Shown: piece by piece, positions 57,628 to 64,000 of the stretch
Numbering within the stretch: the stretch's first letter is position 1
Layout: each line of letters opens with the position of its first letter
Source: Candidatus Helarchaeota archaeon
GTDB lineage: Archaea; Asgardarchaeota; Lokiarchaeia; Helarchaeales; RDOG01
NCBI GenBank assembly: GCA_019058315.1
Contig: JAHPZH010000001.1
Location: forward strand, 1,329,432 to 1,393,431
DNA: 64,000 bases
Direction of reading: 5' to 3'
Position numbers and translations under genes: made by a program
The notes under the pieces: generated by a model
Databases searched by the model: none
Seen by the model: only the letters and a program-made list of their open reading frames with translations
What the model was told of the DNA's origin: nothing

Positions 57628-59349
57628 ATGACTGAATCTGAAAGAAATGCTGGACAAGTGGTTAAAGGTGGAAGCCTTGTTTTAATATCCAGTTTACTTG
57701 CAGGCACAATTGGCTGGATATGGGGTGTTTTAGCCTCTCGTTCTGATATCGGATTTGGAGCTGCAGGTTATGGAATTGTATCTATGGCAAATTCAGTAAT
57801 CATTTCCATGCTAGCTATATCAGGGGGTTTACATCAATCGTTCTCTAAAAAAATTTCAGAATCCCTTGTGACTTCAAATGATATAGCTTTGAAATATTCT
57901 AGAGCGGGATTTAAAATTTCACAATTATTCGGCTTTGCGTTTTTTATTCCGCTTTTAATTTTATCAATATATTTTTTTATTAATCAGGATTCCTTGATGG
58001 GTTCTATTATACTTACTATCTCAATTGCGATGTATTTAGCTTTTTTTCGGGATAATTTTATAGGAACGCTTGGAGGAATTCAACGTTTTGACTTAATTGC
58101 AATTGTGAACTTTATGTCAATGGTTGGAGGTATTTCTATAGGTTTTTTAATTCTATTTCTGGTTCCTCCTCCTGAAAATGCAATTCTAGCGCTTATAACA
58201 TTAATAACAGGTCCTATTCTACAACTATTTGTTGAATTTTTTTTCTTAAAAAAATCTTTACCATTTTCATTAAAATCATCAATATTTGGTGGAACTGATA
58301 GAAGTATTGTGATTGAAACATTAAAATATGGATTATATTGTGCTTTACCAATGGTTATTTTAAATGGAAGTATCTATACTCTTCAAACACTATTTTATTC
58401 TTTATTTTTTAGACCAGGTCCGGCAATTCCAATCCCTGCATTACAACAATTAAGTTCTTTTCTATTTCCAGAATCTAATATAATAGGAATTTCTGCAATT
58501 TTTATTGGATATGCAGGTGTAATGAATGCAGTAGCAGTAATGGCTTGGCCTCTTGTTCCAGCACTTTCAGAAGCAAAGGCAATTTCAGAGTCAGCTACAG
58601 CCACCGAAGAAGAAAAATCGAAAAATACGTTACTTATCGATGATTATGTAAAATCTTCCTTCAAAACAGGATTTAATCTTACCTCATTTTTTATGATAAT
58701 ATATATTGGTCTTTCATATTCACTTTTATATCTTCTTCATGGTCCAGAATACACAATTGGTTACTTTCCTTTTATAATCCAAAGTGTCGGAGTAGCATTT
58801 ACGGGTATTGTTTTTTTAATCTCAGCCGTATTAATGGGATTAGGTGAGGGTCGAAAAGCTGCAATAAGTATTGGTACATTATTAGGCACTAATATAGTAT
58901 TAATACCACTTTTTATTATTTTATTTAAAACGAATAATCCTAATAATTCCTTATATGCAGGGCCTATTTCATTGCTACTGGCTTCGGGAGTAATTCTTAT
59001 TTTTACTTTTCATTATCTTACGAAGCTCACAAGAAATCCTAGAAGTTATTTTTTATCAGTCCTTGGAAAGGGTTCATTAAGTGTAGTTGTAGCAATTCTT
59101 ATTTCATTTTTTATTGATAAGTATCTATATCCTTATCATCAAAATATTCTTTCATTTTTACTTGGAGGAGTAATTGTCGGAGTAATTTATTTATTTACTA
59201 TGCTTTTTTTAGCAGCATATGATGAGGAGGATTTAAAATTAATGGAAGGTTTTGGACCTCTAAGCGGTTTTACAAAAATGGCACGGAATATAATTCGAAA
59301 AAGTCCATTTTATAAAGAAAATGAAGATCAAAAAACCGATTCTAAATAA
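57628..59349 (+). CDS. Oligosaccharide flippase / MOP (MATE-like) transporter
   Basis: About 14 TM; VVKGGSLVLIS, SR..G..GYG, LVPALSEA, LLYLLHGPEY, SAVLMGLG. Confidence 0.85.
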   Translation: MTESERNAGQVVKGGSLVLISSLLAGTIGWIWGVLASRSDIGFGAAGYGIVSMANSVIISMLAISGGLHQSFSKKISESLVTSNDIALKYSRAGFKISQLFGFAFFIPLLILSIYFFINQDSLMGSIILTISIAMYLAFFRDNFIGTLGGIQRFDLIAIVNFMSMVGGISIGFLILFLVPPPENAILALITLITGPILQLFVEFFFLKKSLPFSLKSSIFGGTDRSIVIETLKYGLYCALPMVILNGSIYTLQTLFYSLFFRPGPAIPIPALQQLSSFLFPESNIIGISAIFIGYAGVMNAVAVMAWPLVPALSEAKAISESATATEEEKSKNTLLIDDYVKSSFKTGFNLTSFFMIIYIGLSYSLLYLLHGPEYTIGYFPFIIQSVGVAFTGIVFLISAVLMGLGEGRKAAISIGTLLGTNIVLIPLFIILFKTNNPNNSLYAGPISLLLASGVILIFTFHYLTKLTRNPRSYFLSVLGKGSLSVVVAILISFFIDKYLYPYHQNILSFLLGGVIVGVIYLFTMLFLAAYDEEDLKLMEGFGPLSGFTKMARNIIRKSPFYKENEDQKTDSK

Positions 59350-59356
59350 GAAAAAA

Positions 59357-60652
59357 TTAATTTTTACTACTCCGATCGAGGTATTTTCCAACTTTAACTA
59401 CTTTTTTCTTTTTCTTAATTCTAGTAGGTGGCTTCAAATATTTTGTATTTAAACCATGACCTATTGAAATAATATGGTCTCGAGTCACCTTATCTTCAAT
59501 CTCAGTTTCGTGTGTGATATTGAATAGAACACCAGATAGGACTTCTTCGAATGAAAGATCAAGATCTTCGTAATGAATTCTAGGACCTTTAGGATAAATA
59601 AATTCATTTTGTAACCATTTTTTGTTTTCTTTATCATATTTAGGTATTTTACAATTAACAGTTTGCCAAGGTAAAGCAATTCCTTGATGATATTTATAGG
59701 AAATTAATTTTAGAAATTGTTCAAATCCTTCAGGTTCGTGTTTTTTCATAAATTCTAAACTTTCTTTTTCGAAATAATTAAGAAATAATTTATTATTAGT
59801 TAACATCTGGGTAATTTTTATAGCCCATTCACCTCTGGTAAGGCCGAATAGCATATTCAGAATAGGAGGCCAAGGTTCATAACCAAAAAGACTATCTTTC
59901 ATACCATAAATTCTTTGTGCATTTACTCCATCCCATAAACTTGCTGATGAATTCCAATTGGAAATTGCCGCAACCAAACCAACTCCAGTAATGTATACTA
60001 AAGAAATATGATAAGTGGAATTAGACCATTCGGGTCTTAACTCATTTCTTACATCAGTTAATATATCACGAATCTTAACGCTGGCTTCCGCCATATTTTT
60101 TGTCCGGTTAGGTATTTCGCGAAGTTTATAACCAAGTTTCATGTGTCTACGGTCAAAGATTTCATCGTCTGATAATTTAAACCAAAAATCCTCAACCACA
60201 CCATCTTCTTCATGGGCATTGAAAATCAGTTCAATCTCACCAGTAATATCATTGACAGCACAGAAGGAAATATCAGCAGATGGTCCATAAATCATTTTTG
60301 CAGACATGCCTGAATAAGTAGCAAGCATTGGGATAACTGGAGGAATTCCCCAATATACAATTGTATGCTTTTTTCTATTTCTTGGAATTCTTCCATCTTT
60401 TATAGCTTTTTCAACTTCTCTAGTCTCATTCCATCTTGTTTCTATCATTTTTTTTGCATATTCTGCAAAAACTAAAGTAGATTCAGCTCTTCCCTCATAC
60501 ATTTTAAAATCTTTGACTAATCTAAGTGCAATTAATGCGTTTTCAGACATGGGCAAATATTCTTTTAATTTATATTCACTTGGTAAGTCTCTCATAACTT
60601 CAGAAATAGATCTTAATTTTAATTCTTTAGCATCATAAGGTTCAATTGGCAT
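59357..60652 (-). CDS. Hypothetical protein (431 aa)
   Basis: Long ORF with SD GAGGGA; no family motif recognised. Confidence 0.75.
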   Translation of the reverse strand: MPIEPYDAKELKLRSISEVMRDLPSEYKLKEYLPMSENALIALRLVKDFKMYEGRAESTLVFAEYAKKMIETRWNETREVEKAIKDGRIPRNRKKHTIVYWGIPPVIPMLATYSGMSAKMIYGPSADISFCAVNDITGEIELIFNAHEEDGVVEDFWFKLSDDEIFDRRHMKLGYKLREIPNRTKNMAEASVKIRDILTDVRNELRPEWSNSTYHISLVYITGVGLVAAISNWNSSASLWDGVNAQRIYGMKDSLFGYEPWPPILNMLFGLTRGEWAIKITQMLTNNKLFLNYFEKESLEFMKKHEPEGFEQFLKLISYKYHQGIALPWQTVNCKIPKYDKENKKWLQNEFIYPKGPRIHYEDLDLSFEEVLSGVLFNITHETEIEDKVTRDHIISIGHGLNTKYLKPPTRIKKKKKVVKVGKYLDRSSKN

Positions 60653-60812
60653 AAAATTCCCTCAATTATTAACTATTAAACTTTAATCAAATTAGGTTAA
60701 TTACTTATTAAAAAAATTATGATTTCTATCTAAACTCATATAATTGAAAGAAATAAAATTTGATATTTTTATAAAAGAAAAACATTTCATTAAAATCTCT
60801 TCGTGAATAAGG

Positions 60813-61580
60813 ATGAAATACACCTTTGGGACAAGTAAAATAGCTGCAGAGAGGTTGGAGAATATTTCAAACTTTTTTAATCCTCTTGCTATTAGAATTA
60901 TAAAAAAATTTATTGATAAACCCATTAATTCTGCTTTGGATTTAGGTTGCGGACCAGGTTTCACAACAAATATGCTTTATAACGCATTAAATTGTGGTAA
61001 AGTCTATGGATTAGATATATCGGATAATTTCTTACGTTTAGCTTCAAAAAGATTTAAAAATTGTATTTTTATAAAACATGATGTAACCAAGACTCCATTT
61101 CCAGTATCTTCAGATGTAATCTATGTGCGTTTTCTACTCTCACACCTCAATAATATTATTAATTTAGTAAATCGATGGATAGGTGAATTAAGTAATAATG
61201 GTATCTTGTTTATTGATGAAGTAGAAGATGTAAAAACAGTAAATGTTTTTTTTCGAAAATATCTTGAAATAAATAGAGGACTTGTTGGTTCACAAGGTGC
61301 AAATCTTTTTGTTGGTAGTATATTAGCCAAATCGAATTATGATGCTTCTATCCTATGTAATGAATGTTTTACTATTCCTGTAGCGAATTGGGAAGCTGCA
61401 ACGTGGTTCTACCCAAACACCATAACAATATGGGAAAAAGAAAAATATGTTTGTAACAAGCTTACTAGGACCGAGAGAAAAGAAATATCTGAAAAACTTT
61501 TACAAATAAAAGAATTAAAAGAGCAAAAGAGTGAAATTACTTGGTATATGAGAAGAATTGTTTTAAAAAAAATCGATTAG
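60813..61580 (+). CDS. Class I SAM-dependent methyltransferase (Tam-like)
   Basis: ALDLGCGPGFTT, YGLDIS, HDVT, RFLLSHL. Confidence 0.9.
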   Translation: MKYTFGTSKIAAERLENISNFFNPLAIRIIKKFIDKPINSALDLGCGPGFTTNMLYNALNCGKVYGLDISDNFLRLASKRFKNCIFIKHDVTKTPFPVSSDVIYVRFLLSHLNNIINLVNRWIGELSNNGILFIDEVEDVKTVNVFFRKYLEINRGLVGSQGANLFVGSILAKSNYDASILCNECFTIPVANWEAATWFYPNTITIWEKEKYVCNKLTRTERKEISEKLLQIKELKEQKSEITWYMRRIVLKKID

Positions 61581-61637
61581 AGATTTAATACCTTTATTTA
61601 ATGTATATTAATAAAAATAAAAAAAGAAAATTCTGTT

Positions 61638-62192
61638 CTATTTTTTCAATACCGCTTCTACTATCTGATTTAACTTTGCTGGATTTGCTCCAAGAAGTGT
61701 TTCAAATAAATTTCCCTCCTTATCAAACACAATCAAATATGGAATCGCATTAACACCATAAGGTTTAGCATAAGTCATAAATAAATCGCCACCGACTTGA
61801 GTTTCCGTGTCGACTTGAATCACATTTAATTCATCTTTATACTTATCTTTTAATTGATGGACCACTTCCCCAATCATACGGCAAGGGGCACACCAATCCG
61901 CCCAAAAGTCTACTAAGGTTGGTTTTCCTTTTAAAGATTTTACCTTCTCGTTATCCAGTTTTTCTAATTCTTTAGAATATTCTTCAATTTTTTTGGTGTA
62001 TCCATCTTCCGCAATGAATTTTTTTATTGCTTTAATTTCATCCTCTAAGGATTTTATCCTAGCTTCTAATGATTTATTTTCTTTTGCTTTTTTGATATTT
62101 TCTATCTCTCTTTTTATGGTTAATTTCGTATTTTCAAGAAGATTTTTTTGGTTTTTTTCTATAGGATCTATATTTAATTTTTCTTTACTCAT
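61638..62192 (-). CDS. Thioredoxin with N-terminal coiled-coil extension
   Basis: LVDFWADWCAPC, YGVNAIP; the first ~85 aa are a heptad-like charged helix. Confidence 0.9.
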   Translation of the reverse strand: MSKEKLNIDPIEKNQKNLLENTKLTIKREIENIKKAKENKSLEARIKSLEDEIKAIKKFIAEDGYTKKIEEYSKELEKLDNEKVKSLKGKPTLVDFWADWCAPCRMIGEVVHQLKDKYKDELNVIQVDTETQVGGDLFMTYAKPYGVNAIPYLIVFDKEGNLFETLLGANPAKLNQIVEAVLKK

Positions 62193-62498
62193 TAAATCAC
62201 GATCTTTTTAATTGAATCCAATATTATATCTTGTTATTTTATGAACAAAACCCCTCCTTTATTTAATAACGTAGTATTTGCTAATATTTTATAAAGAAGA
62301 GTATTTTAATCTATAAAAATAATATTGGTATAAAAACATTTATACTAAAAATTTTCAAATAGGTGAAATAAATAGGACTGGCTCCTAATTATTTGGAAGA
62401 TAAGATTATTATAGAAGATTTAATGAAATTTCATGAAATTAAAGTTACTCTTTTGAGAGGCGTTTTAGCGAAAAGCATTTGATTTTTAAAATTAAAAG

Positions 62499-62993
62499 GT
62501 GTATTATTTGAAAATATTAATTTGTTATCATACTATCACTGGAAATACAGAAAAAGTTGCAAAAAGTATTAAACAGGGTTTAACTGGACAGGATGTTACA
62601 TTAACTCCAGCATTAGGCGTGGATCCTGTTGATTTGGCTTCCTTTGATATCGTATTCCTGGGATCTGGAACTTATGCTGCTAGTGTTGGAAAATCTATTA
62701 AAAAACTAATAAAAAGTGCTGAAAAACTCCCTTCAAAATTTGTCTTTTTTTATACACATGCATCTCCAGGTTCAAATAAGTGTTTTTATCGAGTTGAAAA
62801 AGAAATAACTAGAAAAAATTCTTCGATAATAGCGAAATTTGAATGTTTAGGTGCTACAAAACCAACTAAGGAACAATTAGAGTTAATGAATCCTAAACAG
62901 AGAGAAAATTATAATAGTTTAATAGGTCATCCAGATGAGATAGACCTTGAAAATGCTAAAGAGTTTGCAAAAAAGGTAATTGTAAATCTTTAA
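62499..62993 (+). CDS. Flavodoxin family protein (probable TTG start 62508)
   Basis: YHTITGNTEKVA, VFLGSGTY, GHPDEIDLENAKEFA. Confidence 0.9.
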   Translation: MYYLKILICYHTITGNTEKVAKSIKQGLTGQDVTLTPALGVDPVDLASFDIVFLGSGTYAASVGKSIKKLIKSAEKLPSKFVFFYTHASPGSNKCFYRVEKEITRKNSSIIAKFECLGATKPTKEQLELMNPKQRENYNSLIGHPDEIDLENAKEFAKKVIVNL

Positions 62994-63003
62994 TTAACTA
63001 TTT

Positions 63004-63999
63004 TTATTTGCTGTACCAATAAGTAACACTGGAATAATCAGCTTTTACTTCATTCCATTCTCCAACGGTTATATTAACAGTTATTGATTTTTTATATGGA
63101 ATTCCATCTGGATGAAATCGATAAACACTAATTTGACGTTTCCATTTGCTCATAGAAGTAAGACCATGATATAAATGACTAAATTCACCTTTCATAAAAT
63201 ACCAAGCGCCCATAAAATAATCCTCTGTTCCAGTATATTCGATTGAAGGCTCACCTTCTCTATCTTCATCATCAACCCAAACTTTTAAGTTGCCTTCCAT
63301 GAAATCAAATTGTCCTAAAAACAAGCTAAGCGTCCATGCTATTGGATTCAAGTTCCACATCCACCCATACCTCTTCATATTCAGAACTACACCCACATAA
63401 TGGCCAGGACCGTTATTATCATCTAAAATAACATAAGGTTTACCTTTAGTTGTTGGATTTTGACGTTGAAATTTTGCATTGAAATATAACAAATCTTCTG
63501 TAAATTCGGGAATTTTATGATAGGTTACTGCACCATACAAAGCAAGTTTTTTCTTTTTATGGGTATTTTCAAATTCAACTCTGCATTTTTTTGCAAACGG
63601 CATAGGGAAATAACAATAAAACCCCCCTGAGGTCATACCTACGAATGCTGACCTACACTGCCATTTTTTATATTCACTAAATCCTGAACCAAAAAAATCC
63701 CCCACAGGAGAATCAACTCTAGGTTCCGGTTCATCGTCAAAATATATCCTAATTCTCATTAATCTTAACATTGGTAATTTCGCAGAAGCTCTCGAATACC
63801 AATTTAGAGAACTAGATAGCTTATAAGGTGCCATTGTAATCCAAATACAATTAACAATTCCTGGACCATCATTAATCTCTGGAAAAGTATATGTGGACTT
63901 TGGCTCAATTTCAACCCAATCTTGATGATTTTTTTTACCTATATGAGCATGAGTGGATACTTGTTTACATTTAGTGTTTTTCACATAAGCCAAACCTGC
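63004..63999 (-). CDS. DUF2961 / GH172-family glycoside hydrolase (5' truncated by window)
   Basis: GPG....IWIT, IYFDDE..P.VDSPVGDFFG, YFPMPF, GHYVG, EG, TGTEDYF, YRFH, YSSVTYWY; the frame is open to the window edge. Confidence 0.88.
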   Translation of the reverse strand, partial: AGLAYVKNTKCKQVSTHAHIGKKNHQDWVEIEPKSTYTFPEINDGPGIVNCIWITMAPYKLSSSLNWYSRASAKLPMLRLMRIRIYFDDEPEPRVDSPVGDFFGSGFSEYKKWQCRSAFVGMTSGGFYCYFPMPFAKKCRVEFENTHKKKKLALYGAVTYHKIPEFTEDLLYFNAKFQRQNPTTKGKPYVILDDNNGPGHYVGVVLNMKRYGWMWNLNPIAWTLSLFLGQFDFMEGNLKVWVDDEDREGEPSIEYTGTEDYFMGAWYFMKGEFSHLYHGLTSMSKWKRQISVYRFHPDGIPYKKSITVNITVGEWNEVKADYSSVTYWYSK

Positions 64000-64000
64000 A

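Noticed and set aside
1162-62211. Short ORF-track entries overlapping longer genes (e.g. 1162-1368, 2594-2935, 3643-3933, 17317-17577, 31671-31994, 44489-44785, 54034-54345, 56660-56881, 60701-60964)
   Set aside because: They are antisense or alternate-frame shadows of well-supported genes, with no motifs or SD sequences.
1-64000. tRNA, rRNA, integrase or provirus
   Set aside because: No GC-rich structured RNA segments, cloverleaf motifs, recombinase or viral hallmark genes were recognised by eye. A tRNAscan/Infernal run would be needed to exclude small RNAs formally.

Overview
AT-rich (roughly 30% GC by eye), gene-dense prokaryotic DNA that is most likely from an Asgard archaeon (Lokiarchaeia/Promethearchaeota-like). 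This assignment is inferred from several proteins with C-terminal longin/roadblock-like domains (fused to 7TM or TPR/alpha-solenoid modules), cytoplasmic SDS22-class LRR proteins, GGAGG/GGTGA ribosome-binding sites, frequent TTG starts and T-rich intergenic terminators. There are about 58 CDS. Most are anaerobic catabolic or redox enzymes: Gfo/Idh/MocA, SDRs, an LLM/F420 oxidoreductase, a corrinoid protein with a UroD/MtaA-family partner, an RdhA/QueG-like Fe-S protein, CoA-transferase, 2-hydroxyacyl-CoA dehydratase, acyl-CoA dehydrogenase, lipases and rubrerythrins. There are also transporters and at least seven tandem or near-tandem paralogue pairs. One solo-tnpB IS200/IS605 element has identifiable IS608-like ends (56108-57506). 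I saw no rRNA, tRNA or CRISPR array. The best candidates for new biology are: (1) five proteins that couple different input modules (7TM or TPR solenoid) to a longin-like output domain, plus output-less 7TM paralogues; (2) an EamA/DMT transporter fused to an Lrp/AsnC (RAM) ligand-binding domain and translationally coupled to a stand-alone RAM protein; (3) repeated apparent ATT initiation behind strong Shine-Dalgarno motifs; (4) LRR proteins with a variable concave face and a C-terminal helical hairpin also found on an unrelated protein. All family assignments come from motif recognition by eye; no database searches were run.
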